64,000 bases of DNA from an uncultured Candidatus Saccharibacteria bacterium (GCA_964490125.1 CAZBAJ010000001.1:3573-67572), one strand, 5' to 3'. Positions 10,197-22,091 are shown, numbered from the stretch's first letter. The notes: generated by a model from the letters alone, not told the origin. A program made the numbers and translations.

Positions 10197-11336
10197 ATGA
10201 TAGCAAGAACCTTAGCTAAAGAACTTATAAACAAAGCAGAGAAGTACCCGGTGATTTCTGTAACAGGACCCAGACAGTCAGGCAAAACAACGCTAATTAA
10301 AAGCCTGTATCCGGGTTATTTGTATGCCAATTTAGAATATCCCGACATTAGGGAATTTGCCAAAACAGATCCCAGAAGATTTTTAAATCAGGCTAAAACC
10401 ATGATTGTGGACGAAGTGCAGTATGTACCTGATTTACTTGCATACATGCAGGGAAATGTAGATGAGGACAAAGACAGACAGTATGTAATTTCCGGCTCCC
10501 AGAACCTATTACTTTCCGCAAAAGTCTCCGAGTCTCTTGCCGGTAGGGTGTTTGTAGCCAACCTGTTGCCACTTACGCTAAACGAGTTAGCAAGCGTGAA
10601 CCTAACTGAACCCGATTTAGTGTCCCAGTTATTTAAAGGTTTCTACCCCAAGATTTACGACGAAAATTTGGACCCAGTGATGTGGTATCGAAATTATATT
10701 TTGACTTATTTGGAACGCGATGTTAGGGACATAAAGACTGTGGATAGCTTGTCCTCGTTTAGAAATTTTATGGCTTTGTTGGCAGGTAGAACGGGGCAGA
10801 TTTTGAACATGGCTTCATTAGCAAGCGACGCTGGAATAAGTGCACCCACAGCAAAAGCGTGGATTTCTATACTGGAGGCAAGTTACATAATTAGGATACT
10901 TCCGCCATATTATAACAATTGGAATAAGAGGGTAGTTAAAGCACCCAAAGTCCATTTTGTTGATACCGGATTAGTATGCGCTCTGCTTGGCATAAAAAGC
11001 ACCGTAGAATTGGCACACCACCCGCTAATCGGAAGTATTTTTGAATCCTATGTATTTTCTGAATATGTAAAACGAAAAGCCAATTTTGAACTAACCGCCG
11101 ATCTATATTTTTGGAAAGACAAATCTAATAAAGAGGTTGATATATTGTTGGAAGCTGGAAATATAACAGAAGCTATTGAAGTAAAATACGGTCAGACCAT
11201 AGCTTTGGAATATTTTGCTAACCTAGAAAGTTATAGATTTTTATCCGAGACGCCTGTGAAGACCAGCGTTGTGTACGGCGGGCAGGGAATACACGAACGA
11301 GGCAACCATGTAGTTTGCGGGTGGCGGGAATTTTAG
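10197..11336 (+). CDS. AAA+ ATPase with DUF4143-type C-terminal domain (COG1373 family)
   Basis: Walker A GPRQSGKTTL near N-terminus, architecture of the widespread ATPase/DUF4143 family. Confidence 0.8.
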   Translation: MIARTLAKELINKAEKYPVISVTGPRQSGKTTLIKSLYPGYLYANLEYPDIREFAKTDPRRFLNQAKTMIVDEVQYVPDLLAYMQGNVDEDKDRQYVISGSQNLLLSAKVSESLAGRVFVANLLPLTLNELASVNLTEPDLVSQLFKGFYPKIYDENLDPVMWYRNYILTYLERDVRDIKTVDSLSSFRNFMALLAGRTGQILNMASLASDAGISAPTAKAWISILEASYIIRILPPYYNNWNKRVVKAPKVHFVDTGLVCALLGIKSTVELAHHPLIGSIFESYVFSEYVKRKANFELTADLYFWKDKSNKEVDILLEAGNITEAIEVKYGQTIALEYFANLESYRFLSETPVKTSVVYGGQGIHERGNHVVCGWREF

Positions 11337-11372
11337 AGGCGCCTTAATTTGTTTTCATGCTATTATTAAAAA

Positions 11373-12005
11373 ATGCCGTTATTCAATAAATCCGTTACTT
11401 CCATTGGCGGGGATGCTAAAGCCGACAGTACTAAAAAGCAGGACCAAAGCGGGAAGAGCTTTTTTTTGGAAATGATGGAAACTTTGGTTAGCTCCGTCAT
11501 TGTTATTCTTGTTATTTACTCTACAGTCGCCTTTCCGGAAATGGTGGTGGGTTCTAGTATGGAACCCAATTTTTACACCGGCGAGCGGATTTTGGTGGAA
11601 AAAGTCACGCGGTTTTTTAAGTCGTACAAAAGAGGCGACATTGTTGTACTTCACCCGCCCGGAAATGATAATATAGACTACATCAAGCGGATTGTGGGTA
11701 TGCCCGGGGATGTGGTAAAAATTGTGGACTGTAAGGTATACATAAAATCCGGTGAGGAAAGTTTTTTGTACGAGGAAGATTATTTGTCCGACGGGATTTG
11801 TACCATAGGTGGGGTTAAAATAAAGGATGGGCGGTCGTTTAAGATTGAAGACGGCAATTATTTGGTTTTAGGTGACAACCGCGAGAAATCTTTGGACTCG
11901 CGGGCGTTTGGGTTGGTACCCAAAGAGAGGATTTTAGGCAAGGTGGTTTACAGGTTTTGGCCACCTGCAAAAGCGGGTTTTGTTAATGTTGACAGCAAAA
12001 ATTAA
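11373..12005 (+). CDS. lepB: signal peptidase I
   Basis: GSSMEPNF (Ser box), YIKRIVGMPGD, GDNREKSLDSR boxes. Confidence 0.85.
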   Translation: MPLFNKSVTSIGGDAKADSTKKQDQSGKSFFLEMMETLVSSVIVILVIYSTVAFPEMVVGSSMEPNFYTGERILVEKVTRFFKSYKRGDIVVLHPPGNDNIDYIKRIVGMPGDVVKIVDCKVYIKSGEESFLYEEDYLSDGICTIGGVKIKDGRSFKIEDGNYLVLGDNREKSLDSRAFGLVPKERILGKVVYRFWPPAKAGFVNVDSKN

Positions 12006-12068
12006 GTATGATAAGCTACCCGCCAGCGCACGGGGAAGTCGTGCTTATTTCTTTTTAACTAAATAATA

Positions 12069-15000
12069 ATGAGATACGATTTTTCAAAACGAAGAGAAGT
12101 TTTGCCTCTAAAAGATTTAACAGGTGTACAAACTAAATCTTACCAGTGGCTTTTGCAAGAAGGTTTGGACGAGGTTTTGAATGAAGTTGGCACTATTGAA
12201 GACTATTCCGGGCGGGGTTGGGTGTTGCAATTACACAGTCCTACCTTTGAAAAACCCAGTATCACTAAAGACAACGCCTTTTTTACCGGTCGCACTTACG
12301 ACATGCCTTGGTATTTAAAGGCTACCCTAAAAGATACCATTGAGAAAAAAGAAAAAACCCAAAACATTTATATGGGCGACATTCCCGTAATGACCGAACG
12401 CGGTACTTTTATTATAAATGGTGTGGAGCGGGTAGTGGTCAGCCAGTTGACTAGATCGGAAGGTGTGTTGTTTACCAGTGAGGTTTCCCCCATTACCGGA
12501 GCGACGCTTGGGGGCGCCAAAGTTTTGCCTAAAAATGGCGTTTGGCTAGAAATTGAAACTTCCCGAACAGGCATTATTAGCGTAAAAATCGATAGGCGCA
12601 GAAAACTTGCCATTACTTCTTTACTCCGGATTTACGGTTTGACTACTAATGACCAAATTAAAGAGGCATTTAAAGATGTGGACAATGATCCGGAATTAAG
12701 CTACATAGACGCAACTTTAGCAAGAGATCCTTCCGGCGATTACGACCAAGCCTGCTTGGAGGTATATAAAAAGATGCGACCGGGTGAGCCGTTGGTGTTG
12801 GATAATGCTAAAGCTTTGGTCCACTCCATGTTTTTTAACCCGCGCAGATATTCGCTTGGTAAGGTAGGTCGGTTTAAATTTAACCAAAAACTTAATTTGG
12901 ACACGCCCAATGACAACAAGCACTGGCTAATGTTCCAAGAGGACTTGCTTAAAATTATTGCTCGGGTAATTGAAATCAATAATGGGGTTGCGGTGTCGGA
13001 CGACATTGACCACTTAGCCAATAGGAGGGTTAAGTCCATGGGAGAGCTTCTGCAAAATCAAATTAGAATTGGCTTTTTGCAACTTGAGCGCAATGTTAAG
13101 GAGCGTATGAGCCTGCATCCCAGGGACGAGATGCCGGAGCCGTCCGTGCTTATTTCTACTAGAATCGTAGCATCCAAAGTCCACAGTTTTTTTGCTACTG
13201 GTCAACTTTCCCAACAGCACGACCAACAAAATCCATTGACTTCATTGGATCACACCAGGCGTTTGTCATTAATGGGTCCCGGCGGACTTACTAAAGAGCG
13301 GGCAAGCATGGCGGTTAGAGATGTTCACTACACGCATTACGGCAAAATTTGCCCTGTTAGATCGCCGGAAGGTCCAAACATTGGACTTATTACTTATATG
13401 ACGCAGTATGCGGTGGTTAACGACTATGGATTTTTGGAAACACCTTACAGAAAAGTTGTCAATGAAAACGGCAAAATGCGTGTGACGGATGAAGTTGTGT
13501 ATTTGGCGGCCTATGACGAGGATAAAGTTAATATTGCTGACGCGTCCGCCACCCTGGATGAAAAAGGTTATGTTTTGGATGAGCGCGTATCTATGCGTAA
13601 AGGCGACAAGTTTTTAATTAGAGGCGTTGACAACATGGAGTACATGGATCTTATTCCAAGACAAATTGTAGGTATTTCCGCGGGGCTTATTCCCTTTTTG
13701 TCGCACGACGATGTGAACAGGTCTTTGGTGGCAACCCAGCAGATGTCTCAAGCCGTGCCGTTAGTAAAACCGGAGGCTCCTATTGTAGGTACGGGTACAG
13801 AGGAATCCGTTGCGCTAAATACCGGCTATGTTATTACTGCCGACGCAGATGGTGAGGTCACCTTTGCGGACGCTTCTAAAATCGTTGTTCAATACGGCAA
13901 AGATAAAAAATCAAAAGCGGAATATAAGTTGTCAAAATTTATAAAGTCCAATCAAGATACCTGCATTAACCAGACGGTAAAGGTGACAACCGGTCAAAAA
14001 GTTAAAAAAGGCGATGTTTTGGCGGAAGGACCTGGTATTGTGGACAAAGAAGTTGCCATTGGAACTAATGTAAAAGCCGCCTATATGATTTGGCGTGGTT
14101 ATGAGTACGAAGACGGCATTGTAATTTCAGATCGGTTAGTGAAAGAGGATATTCTAACCTCAATTCACATTTCCGATTACAATGTGTCCGTTTTAGAAAC
14201 TAAACTAGGACCGGAGGAAATTACCAGAGATATTCCAAATGTGTCGGAGGACGCTTTAAGAAATCTTGGGGAGGACGGAGTTGTGGCAATAGGTTCTAAA
14301 GTAAGGTCGGGTGACATTTTAGTAGGTAAAGTTGCTCCCAAAGGTGAAACCGACCTTTCTGCGGAAGAACGACTTTTGCGCGCTATTTTTGGTGAAAAAG
14401 CCAAAGAGGTTAGGGACAATTCCTTAAGCGTTCCTCATGGCGAGCGGGGTGTGGTAATAGGCATTAAGCGCGTCACCCGGGAAGATAATAAAGAGCTACC
14501 AAGTGGAGTAATAGAAGAAATTACCGTTTATGTTGCCCAGCAAAGAAAAATAGAAGTGGGCGACAAGTTGGCAGGCCGACATGGAAACAAGGGCGTAATT
14601 TCCGCCATTGTGCCGGAAATAGACATGCCACATATGGAAAACGGCGAGCCCGTGGATATAATTTTTGCTTCTGACACAGTGCTAAAAAGAATGAATGTGG
14701 GTCAGATTTTGGAAGCGCCGTTAGGTTACGCGGGCAGAGTGTTAGGTAAAAAATACACTGTGCCAGTTTTCCAAAGTCCTTCGGAAGAAGATTACCAAAA
14801 GGAGTTAACCGAAGCTGGTATTCCTCTAACTGGTAAGGTAAAACTCATTGATGGTCGGACTGGCGAATATTTTGAACATCCGGTATTGGTTGGTGAAACC
14901 TACATTTTAAAGCTGTATCACATGGCAGAAGATAAGATGCACGCGCGGTCTACTGGTCCGTACTCGCTTATTACGCAACAGCCGTTGGGAGGAAAAGCGC

Positions 15001-15344
15001 AATTTGGCGGACAGAGATTTGGAGAAATGGAAGTTTGGGCGTTGGAGGCTTACGGGGCTGCAAATGTCCTGCAGGAAATGCTTACCATTAAGTCGGACGA
15101 CTTTGTAGGCAGAACTCAAGCTTACAGGTCTATTTTGCAGGGTATGTCTATTCCAACCTCTAACATTCCGGAGTCGTTTAAATTATTAGTACGAGAGTTA
15201 AACGGTTTAGGGTTGGGGCTTTTGCCCATTGGCGCGCAAAAACTGGAGACGCCAGAGGCAGAAAGCGTAGTCCCGCAAAATGCCGAGCTAGAAAAAGAAA
15301 TTAAAGAACAAACCCAAAATTTTGTGGTGGAGGAGGACAACTAA
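12069..15344 (+). CDS. rpoB: DNA-directed RNA polymerase subunit beta
   Basis: full-length collinear similarity to RpoB conserved blocks. Confidence 0.97.
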   Translation: MRYDFSKRREVLPLKDLTGVQTKSYQWLLQEGLDEVLNEVGTIEDYSGRGWVLQLHSPTFEKPSITKDNAFFTGRTYDMPWYLKATLKDTIEKKEKTQNIYMGDIPVMTERGTFIINGVERVVVSQLTRSEGVLFTSEVSPITGATLGGAKVLPKNGVWLEIETSRTGIISVKIDRRRKLAITSLLRIYGLTTNDQIKEAFKDVDNDPELSYIDATLARDPSGDYDQACLEVYKKMRPGEPLVLDNAKALVHSMFFNPRRYSLGKVGRFKFNQKLNLDTPNDNKHWLMFQEDLLKIIARVIEINNGVAVSDDIDHLANRRVKSMGELLQNQIRIGFLQLERNVKERMSLHPRDEMPEPSVLISTRIVASKVHSFFATGQLSQQHDQQNPLTSLDHTRRLSLMGPGGLTKERASMAVRDVHYTHYGKICPVRSPEGPNIGLITYMTQYAVVNDYGFLETPYRKVVNENGKMRVTDEVVYLAAYDEDKVNIADASATLDEKGYVLDERVSMRKGDKFLIRGVDNMEYMDLIPRQIVGISAGLIPFLSHDDVNRSLVATQQMSQAVPLVKPEAPIVGTGTEESVALNTGYVITADADGEVTFADASKIVVQYGKDKKSKAEYKLSKFIKSNQDTCINQTVKVTTGQKVKKGDVLAEGPGIVDKEVAIGTNVKAAYMIWRGYEYEDGIVISDRLVKEDILTSIHISDYNVSVLETKLGPEEITRDIPNVSEDALRNLGEDGVVAIGSKVRSGDILVGKVAPKGETDLSAEERLLRAIFGEKAKEVRDNSLSVPHGERGVVIGIKRVTREDNKELPSGVIEEITVYVAQQRKIEVGDKLAGRHGNKGVISAIVPEIDMPHMENGEPVDIIFASDTVLKRMNVGQILEAPLGYAGRVLGKKYTVPVFQSPSEEDYQKELTEAGIPLTGKVKLIDGRTGEYFEHPVLVGETYILKLYHMAEDKMHARSTGPYSLITQQPLGGKAQFGGQRFGEMEVWALEAYGAANVLQEMLTIKSDDFVGRTQAYRSILQGMSIPTSNIPESFKLLVRELNGLGLGLLPIGAQKLETPEAESVVPQNAELEKEIKEQTQNFVVEEDN

Positions 15345-18300
15345 TGAGACAAATTGGAGATCTTGCTGATTTTTCGTCGCTAAAAATTTACCTGGCTTCT
15401 GCTAAAGACATTTTGGAATGGTCTTATGGCGAAGTTATAAAGCCGGAAACCATTAATTATAGAACCTTTAAGCCAGAAAAAGACGGTTTGTTTGACGAAC
15501 GCATTTTTGGACCGTCAAAAGATTTTGAATGTTATTGCGGTAAATACAAACGAATTAGGTACAAAGGCGTAATTTGCGACAAATGCGGTGTGGAGGTTAC
15601 TTCATCCAGAGTGCGACGGGAAAGAATGGGGCATATTAAACTGGCAAGTCCGGTTGCCCATGTGTGGTTTTTTAGGGGTATTCCGTCCAAAATGGCATTG
15701 GTGCTGGATATTTCACCCAGAAATATTGAATCCATTGTCTATTTTTCATCGTTTATTGTGACGGAGGTTTTAGACGAGAAAAAGGCTCACGCCATTGATA
15801 AAGTCGCAAAAGATTTAGAAAAAGCTAAAGAAGCAGTTTCCAAAGAATACGAGGAGCAAATTAAGGACTTGGAAAAAGACTTTGGTTCCAAGGTTCGTGA
15901 CGGTAACAAAGGTTTTTCCGTAGAGGAAGCCGAGCATAAATTTAAAGATAAAGTCAACCATATTAGAGCTAAACAAGGAGAAAAGTTGGGCGAATTGGAG
16001 AGCGAGTACGGCATCATGCAACGCAAATTAGAAAGTATCGAATTGTTTAGCGTTTTGTCGGATAATGAATATGTTAATTTGGCTGACTATATAGACGACT
16101 TTTGTAAAGTAGACATTGGCGCCGAGGCTTTGCAAAAAATTTTAACCGACTTGGATTTAAACGCGTTGGCGCTTGAATTAAAAGAGATCGTTCAGAATTC
16201 CAAGGGTCAAAAAGCCCAAAAAGCTATAAAAAGACTACGCGCGGTAGAAGGTTTTAGACGGGCGACTCTTGAACCCTCACGGATGATTTTAAGCGTTTTG
16301 CCCGTAATTCCGCCGGATTTGCGACCTATGGTTCAGTTAGAAGGCGGGCGGTTTGCTACCTCCGATCTTAACGATTTGTACAGAAGAGTCATAAATAGAA
16401 ACAACCGACTTAAAAGACTTTTGGACTTGGGCGCGCCGGAAATTATCGTTAGAAACGAAAAACGCATGTTGCAAGAGGCGGTTGACGCATTATTGGACTC
16501 CTCTAAACAGCGCTCAACTGTAAGAACGGCGGTAAAAGGTAATAAAAAGCAGTTAAGATCCTTGGCCGACATGTTAAAAGGCAAGCAAGGTCGCTTTAGA
16601 CAAAACTTGTTGGGTAAGCGTGTAGACTATTCTGCAAGGTCAGTTATTGTTAACGGACCAGAACTTAAGCTTAACGAATGTGGTATTCCCAAAAACATGG
16701 CGTTGGAACTGTTTAAACCATTTGTTTTAAGGGAAGTTTTAGCCAGAGGTTTGGCGCCCAATGTCAAAAGCGCCAGGTATGTGTTGGAGCAAGAAGGCCC
16801 AGAAATTTGGGAAATTTTAGAAGGCTTGGTTAAAGATCACCCAGTACTATTAAATAGAGCCCCAACCTTGTGGCGACTTGGTATTCAGGCATTTTACCCC
16901 AAATTAGTGGAGGGTAATGCTATTAGACTGCACCTGTGCGTATGTCCTGGTTACAACGCCGACTTTGATGGCGACCAGATGGCTGTCCATTTGCCTCTTT
17001 CTGCCAAGGCGGTGGAGGAAGCCAAAACTCTAATGCTGTCCATTAACAATTTACGCCGTCCTGCGGACGGATCCCCGTCGTCCGTGCCAATTAAAATTAT
17101 GTTGTTCGGCGTGTACTACATAACTTGTATAGATGAAAAATTGCCGATGCCGGAAAAAGTCTTTTCCAGTCCACAAGAAGTATTATTTTTGTTGGAATCT
17201 ACGGGCGAGGTTGCCATGCGTCAAAAATTAAAAGTTAGAATAAACGGGGAAATTGTTGAAACTACGCCAGGCAGAATAATTTTTAACAACTATATTCCGG
17301 AACATTTTAGGTTTGTTAACGACACAATGGATAAAAAGAAGGTCCACGCCGTTTTGCAAAGATCTTTTGACAACGAGCCTTTAGAAGTTACCGCTAAACT
17401 AATTGACGACATAAAAGACATGGGTTTTAAATACGGCACCATGTTAGGTCACTCTACCGCTCTTTCCGATGTCGTCGTTCCACCGGCCAGAAAAACTTTA
17501 ATAGACAGCGCCCAAGAAGAAGTTGTGGAAATAAACCATAACTACAGGCGTGGACTTATTACGGAAGCAGAAGCCAAAAGATTAAGGGAAGAAGTTTGGA
17601 ATAGAACGACCTCGCAAATTGATGAGAAAGTTTGGGAGGGTTTAACCGAGGACAACCCGCTTAAAATGGAGATTGTTTCCGGTTCCAGCAGAGCCTCACG
17701 GGACCAAATTAAACAGGTTGGTGGTATCCGCGGGCTTATTGCCGATACTCAAAGCAGGATTGTGGATTTGCCGATTTTAGGCAATTATAAACTTGGACTT
17801 TCCGGCATGGAGTACTTTTTAAGCGGTCGGGGTGCAAGAAAAGGTTTGGTAGACAAGGCATTAAAGACTGCGGACGCGGGTTATATGACCAGAAGACTTG
17901 TAGATGTGGCACAAGATGTGGTAGTTAGACAGCTTGATTGCGGAACGACTAAAGGTAGAGAAGTGTTGGTGGGTGAAAAAACCTCGTTATCATCTTTTGC
18001 CGATAGGATGGCTGGTAGATATTTAGCGCAAACAATTAAAGTGGGCGACAAAGTCATTGCGGAGAAAGATGCTTATTTGGATAGAGATTTACTTAAAAAA
18101 ATCGAGGACGCCAAAGTCGAAAAAATAATTATAAGAAGTCCTATGACTTGTGAAACCAAGCGGGGCGTGTGTCAACGATGCTACGGATTGGATGTGATGT
18201 CTGCAGAGTTAGTTAAGGTTGGTACGGCGGTTGGAGTGCAGGCGGCCCAGGCCATAGGAGAGCCGGGAACTCAGCTTACTATGAAGACCTTCCAGACTGG

Positions 18301-19027
18301 TGGTGTGGCAACGGTTAAAGATATTACCCAAGGTTTGCCCAGAGTAGAAGAAGTTTTTGAAGCCAGGGCGCCAAAGAACATGTCGCTTATGGCAGATATT
18401 ACCGGTACGGTAAGTATTTCTAAGGCGGGAGATGAACGCAAGATTGTTATTTTGCCTGCCGACAAGGACGAGCTGGCCGCCGAGTACATGGTTGACCCCA
18501 TGTCGGAAATTATTGTTAAGGACGGTCAATTAGTAGCAAAAGGGGAAAAGCTGACTTCCGGTCACCTTGATTTAACGGAGCTTATGCGGGCAACCGGTGT
18601 TGCGGCAACCAGAAAATATATTATTGACGAAATTCAAAAAGTCTACTCGTCTCAAGGCGTGGTTATTAACGATAAGCACATAGAAACCATTGCCAGGCAA
18701 ATGTTTAACCATGTTCGTATTGATGATCCGGGGGACACAGCCTTTTTAGAAGGTGAGATAGCCACTAAAGCGGCTTTTGAAGAAGGTAACGAACGCGTTT
18801 TGGCAGAAGGCGGAACACCTGCAACAGCAAAGATTACCCTTTTGGGTATTACCAAGGCCAGCCTTAACACGGATAGCTTCCTTTCCGCGGCGTCGTTTAT
18901 CCAAACCAGTAGCGTCTTGACCGATGCTGCAAGCTCTGGTAAGGTGGATAGGCTCATTGGACTGAAGGAGAATGTTATTATAGGTAGATTAATTCCCACA
19001 GGCGATAGAGCAAAAATGGAGGAATAA
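15344..19027 (+). CDS. rpoC: DNA-directed RNA polymerase subunit beta'
   Basis: zinc-finger CX2C..CX2C, NADFDGD catalytic motif, trigger loop/bridge helix regions. Confidence 0.97.
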   Translation: MRQIGDLADFSSLKIYLASAKDILEWSYGEVIKPETINYRTFKPEKDGLFDERIFGPSKDFECYCGKYKRIRYKGVICDKCGVEVTSSRVRRERMGHIKLASPVAHVWFFRGIPSKMALVLDISPRNIESIVYFSSFIVTEVLDEKKAHAIDKVAKDLEKAKEAVSKEYEEQIKDLEKDFGSKVRDGNKGFSVEEAEHKFKDKVNHIRAKQGEKLGELESEYGIMQRKLESIELFSVLSDNEYVNLADYIDDFCKVDIGAEALQKILTDLDLNALALELKEIVQNSKGQKAQKAIKRLRAVEGFRRATLEPSRMILSVLPVIPPDLRPMVQLEGGRFATSDLNDLYRRVINRNNRLKRLLDLGAPEIIVRNEKRMLQEAVDALLDSSKQRSTVRTAVKGNKKQLRSLADMLKGKQGRFRQNLLGKRVDYSARSVIVNGPELKLNECGIPKNMALELFKPFVLREVLARGLAPNVKSARYVLEQEGPEIWEILEGLVKDHPVLLNRAPTLWRLGIQAFYPKLVEGNAIRLHLCVCPGYNADFDGDQMAVHLPLSAKAVEEAKTLMLSINNLRRPADGSPSSVPIKIMLFGVYYITCIDEKLPMPEKVFSSPQEVLFLLESTGEVAMRQKLKVRINGEIVETTPGRIIFNNYIPEHFRFVNDTMDKKKVHAVLQRSFDNEPLEVTAKLIDDIKDMGFKYGTMLGHSTALSDVVVPPARKTLIDSAQEEVVEINHNYRRGLITEAEAKRLREEVWNRTTSQIDEKVWEGLTEDNPLKMEIVSGSSRASRDQIKQVGGIRGLIADTQSRIVDLPILGNYKLGLSGMEYFLSGRGARKGLVDKALKTADAGYMTRRLVDVAQDVVVRQLDCGTTKGREVLVGEKTSLSSFADRMAGRYLAQTIKVGDKVIAEKDAYLDRDLLKKIEDAKVEKIIIRSPMTCETKRGVCQRCYGLDVMSAELVKVGTAVGVQAAQAIGEPGTQLTMKTFQTGGVATVKDITQGLPRVEEVFEARAPKNMSLMADITGTVSISKAGDERKIVILPADKDELAAEYMVDPMSEIIVKDGQLVAKGEKLTSGHLDLTELMRATGVAATRKYIIDEIQKVYSSQGVVINDKHIETIARQMFNHVRIDDPGDTAFLEGEIATKAAFEEGNERVLAEGGTPATAKITLLGITKASLNTDSFLSAASFIQTSSVLTDAASSGKVDRLIGLKENVIIGRLIPTGDRAKMEE

Positions 19028-19030
19028 GCT

Positions 19031-19465
19031 ATGCCAACGGTTAATCAGTTGTTAAGAAAAGGCAGAAAAACTAAATTAAAAAAGGCTAAAACACCGGCGC
19101 TTAAGGCGTTTTTTAACTCCAAGCGACGCGTTTCTACCCAGTTTCCGTCGCCCTTTAAAAAGGGTGTGTGTTTGCAAGTTAAAACGCAAACGCCAAAAAA
19201 GCCAAATTCTGCTTTGCGCAAGGTTGCCAGGGTGCGACTTTCTAATGGTCGCGAGCTTACTGCTTATATTCCTGGGGAAGGTCATTCTTTGCAGGAACAC
19301 TCCGTAGTTTTAGTCCGAGGCGGTAGAGTTAAAGACTTACCTGGTATAAAATTTACTATTGTTAGGGGTAAGTACGACTTAATGGGAGTGGAAAAACGCA
19401 GTACATCAAGATCCATTTATGGTCGCAAAAAAGAACTTAAAGCAGGAGGCATGTTAAAGAAGTGA
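19031..19465 (+). CDS. rpsL: 30S ribosomal protein S12
   Basis: [22 protein letters not shown] signatures. Confidence 0.97.
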   Translation: MPTVNQLLRKGRKTKLKKAKTPALKAFFNSKRRVSTQFPSPFKKGVCLQVKTQTPKKPNSALRKVARVRLSNGRELTAYIPGEGHSLQEHSVVLVRGGRVKDLPGIKFTIVRGKYDLMGVEKRSTSRSIYGRKKELKAGGMLKK

Positions 19466-19472
19466 TGATTAT

Positions 19473-19520
19473 GAGGTCATCGGTTCTCAATTTAGTAAAA
19501 TATGAGAACCTGCGGTCCTC
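19473..19520 (+). promoter_or_regulatory. intercistronic rpsL-rpsG RNA hairpin (candidate S7 translational operator)
   Basis: perfect 8-bp stem GGTTCTCA (19482-89) / TGAGAACC (19503-10), 13-nt loop, extended by GAGG/CCTC outer pairs. Confidence 0.4.
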
Positions 19521-19533
19521 TAATTAATAAATT

Positions 19534-19998
19534 ATGAGATCAGGACCAATTAAAAAAATTCAAAAGCCGGGCGACTCTGTTTACAAGTCCAAACTTGTGG
19601 CTAGAGTTGTAAGCATTGTTATGCGTGCGGGTAAAAAAAGTACCGCAGAAGATATTGTGTACGGTGTTATTTCCAAGCTTAATGCCGACAAAAAACAAGC
19701 CTTGGAGATGTTTGAGACCGCTATTAAAAATGTCATGCCTAAACTGGAGGTTAGAAGCAGGCGGATGGGCGGAGCAACTTATCAGGTTCCGCAACCTGTA
19801 CGGTACGAAAGATCCGAGGCATTAGCTGTAAGATGGCTTATTGGCGCCGCCAGGAAAAAGAAGGGTAAACCCATGGAAGAAAAATTGCTAGAAGAAATTA
19901 AAAACGCCCATCAGGGTATTGGCGATGCCATTAAAAAGCGCGACGATGTCCACAAAATGGCCGAAGCCAACAAAGCATTTTCTCATTTTAAATTTTAA
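19534..19998 (+). CDS. rpsG: 30S ribosomal protein S7
   Basis: S7 family motifs; str-operon position. Confidence 0.95.
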   Translation: MRSGPIKKIQKPGDSVYKSKLVARVVSIVMRAGKKSTAEDIVYGVISKLNADKKQALEMFETAIKNVMPKLEVRSRRMGGATYQVPQPVRYERSEALAVRWLIGAARKKKGKPMEEKLLEEIKNAHQGIGDAIKKRDDVHKMAEANKAFSHFKF

Positions 19999-20006
19999 CT
20001 TGTCCT

Positions 20007-22091
20007 ATGGCTGTAGATCCTACTATTAAAAAAGAATATCCGTTAGATAAGATAAGAAACATTGGGATTATTGCCCACATTGACGCGGGAAAGACCACTA
20101 CTACCGAGCGGGTTTTGTATTACACCCACAAGTCGCACAAAATTGGTGAAGTGCATGAAGGCGTGGCTCAAATGGACTGGATGGCGCAGGAACGAGAGCG
20201 GGGAATTACCATTACCTCCGCCGCTACTACCTGTTTTTGGAACGACCACCGGATTAACATTATCGATACTCCAGGGCATGTGGATTTCACCGCGGAAGTA
20301 GAAAGATCCCTTAGAGTTTTGGACGGCGGTGTAATTTTGTTTGACGGTTCGCAGGGTGTTGAGCCCCAGTCAGAAACCGTCTACCGTCAAGCAGAAAAGT
20401 ACCATGTACCCCTGCTCTTTTTTGTCAACAAGCTGGATAAAGTGGGTGGGGATTTTTACATGACTTTGGAGTCTATTTCCCAACGGTTAACTAATAAAGC
20501 GGTAGCGCTTCAACTCCCCATTGGAGTTGAAGGCGATTTTAAAGCCGTCATAGATTTATTGGAGAAAAAAGCTTACCAGTTTGCGGGAAAACTTGGGGAA
20601 GAGATTACAGAAGTACCAATTCCGCAGGACATGCAGGAAAAAGTAGAAAAATACCGCAAAATCTTGGTGGAAAAAGTGGCGGAGTCAAGTGACGCGTTAA
20701 TGGAAAAATACCTTGGCGGAGAAGAGCTATCCGTGGAAGAAATTAAAACAGGCATTAGGATTCTTACTATTTCCTCCAACCTGTATCCTATTTTCGGCGG
20801 AGCGTCGCTTGCCAACATAGGTGTACAAAAACTGTTGGACGGGGTGGTAGCTTACCTTCCGTCGCCTCAAGATATAAAAACGGTAAATGCCCACAGCCTT
20901 ACGGGTGAGGAGCAGAAGCTTGCTATTGACGAGTCAGGCGATTTTGCGTCGCTGGCATTTAAAGTCCAAACGGATCCGTATGTCGGTAGACTTACATATT
21001 TTAGAGTTTATTCAGGAAAGGTGATAGCGGGGTCGTACATCTATAACTCCACCAAAGGTAAAAAAGAGCGACTTAGCCGGATTTTGCTTATGCATGCTAA
21101 CCATCGCGAGGAGGTTAAAGAGGTTAAAGCGGGAGAAATTGCCGCCGGTGTTGGACTTGCGGAAACGGTTACGGGCGATACTTTGTGCGACGAAAAAAGT
21201 CCGGTATTGTTGGAAGCCATAAGTTTTGCTGAACCCGTTATAGGTCTTGTGGTGGAACCTAAAACTAAAACCGACCGTGACAAGCTTGGCGAGTCGCTTA
21301 AAAAGTTTTTGGAGGAAGATCCCACGCTTAAACTTAAAACGGACGCAGAAACATCACAAACCGTATTATATGGTATGGGAGAGTTGCATTTAGAAATTAT
21401 TGTCGACAGATTAAAACGCGAATTTGGCGTGGAAGTTAATACCGGCAAACCGCAAGTAGCCTACCGTGAAACTGTTAGAAAAACAGTGGAGAAAGAAGGT
21501 AAGTATATTAGACAATCGGGTGGACGCGGTCAATACGGGCATGTCTTTATTAAAATGGAGCCTATGGAGCGGGGTAACGGTGTGGAATTTGTTAATAAAA
21601 TTGTAGGTGGTTCTATTCCTAGAGAGTACATTCCGGCGGTGGAAAAAGGTATTAAAGAGGCTTCGGAAACCGGTATTTTGGCAGGCTATCCGGTGGTAGA
21701 CATCAGGGTTAGTTTGTTTGACGGATCTTTCCACGAGGTCGACTCGTCTGAAATTGCCTTTAAGATTGCGGCCAGTGAGGCTTTTAAAGACGCCCAGCGC
21801 GCTGCAGACCCTTATTTATTGGAGCCAATTATGAAGGTTGAAGTTATAACTTCGGAGGAATTTATGGGCGATGTTATAGGCAATTTATCCAGTAAGCGCG
21901 GGCAAATAGAAGGTAGTGAGATGCGTGGTAATGCTAGGGTAATAAGCGCGCAAGTGCCTCTTTCCGAAATGTTTGGTTACGCTACAGATTTGCGCGGTAT
22001 GACGCAGGGTCGGGCAAGTTTCACCATGGAACCCAGCCACTACGCCGAGGTTCCCGCAAGCGTGGCCGCGTTAATTGTTAAGAAGCCTTAG
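20007..22091 (+). CDS. fusA: elongation factor G
   Basis: G-domain [17 protein letters not shown], domains II-V. Confidence 0.97.
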   Translation: MAVDPTIKKEYPLDKIRNIGIIAHIDAGKTTTTERVLYYTHKSHKIGEVHEGVAQMDWMAQERERGITITSAATTCFWNDHRINIIDTPGHVDFTAEVERSLRVLDGGVILFDGSQGVEPQSETVYRQAEKYHVPLLFFVNKLDKVGGDFYMTLESISQRLTNKAVALQLPIGVEGDFKAVIDLLEKKAYQFAGKLGEEITEVPIPQDMQEKVEKYRKILVEKVAESSDALMEKYLGGEELSVEEIKTGIRILTISSNLYPIFGGASLANIGVQKLLDGVVAYLPSPQDIKTVNAHSLTGEEQKLAIDESGDFASLAFKVQTDPYVGRLTYFRVYSGKVIAGSYIYNSTKGKKERLSRILLMHANHREEVKEVKAGEIAAGVGLAETVTGDTLCDEKSPVLLEAISFAEPVIGLVVEPKTKTDRDKLGESLKKFLEEDPTLKLKTDAETSQTVLYGMGELHLEIIVDRLKREFGVEVNTGKPQVAYRETVRKTVEKEGKYIRQSGGRGQYGHVFIKMEPMERGNGVEFVNKIVGGSIPREYIPAVEKGIKEASETGILAGYPVVDIRVSLFDGSFHEVDSSEIAFKIAASEAFKDAQRAADPYLLEPIMKVEVITSEEFMGDVIGNLSSKRGQIEGSEMRGNARVISAQVPLSEMFGYATDLRGMTQGRASFTMEPSHYAEVPASVAALIVKKP

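Noticed and set aside
12368-18999. Numerous 60-115 aa antisense ORFs within rpoB and rpoC
   Set aside because: Embedded in universally conserved genes on the opposite strand; typical spurious ORFs.
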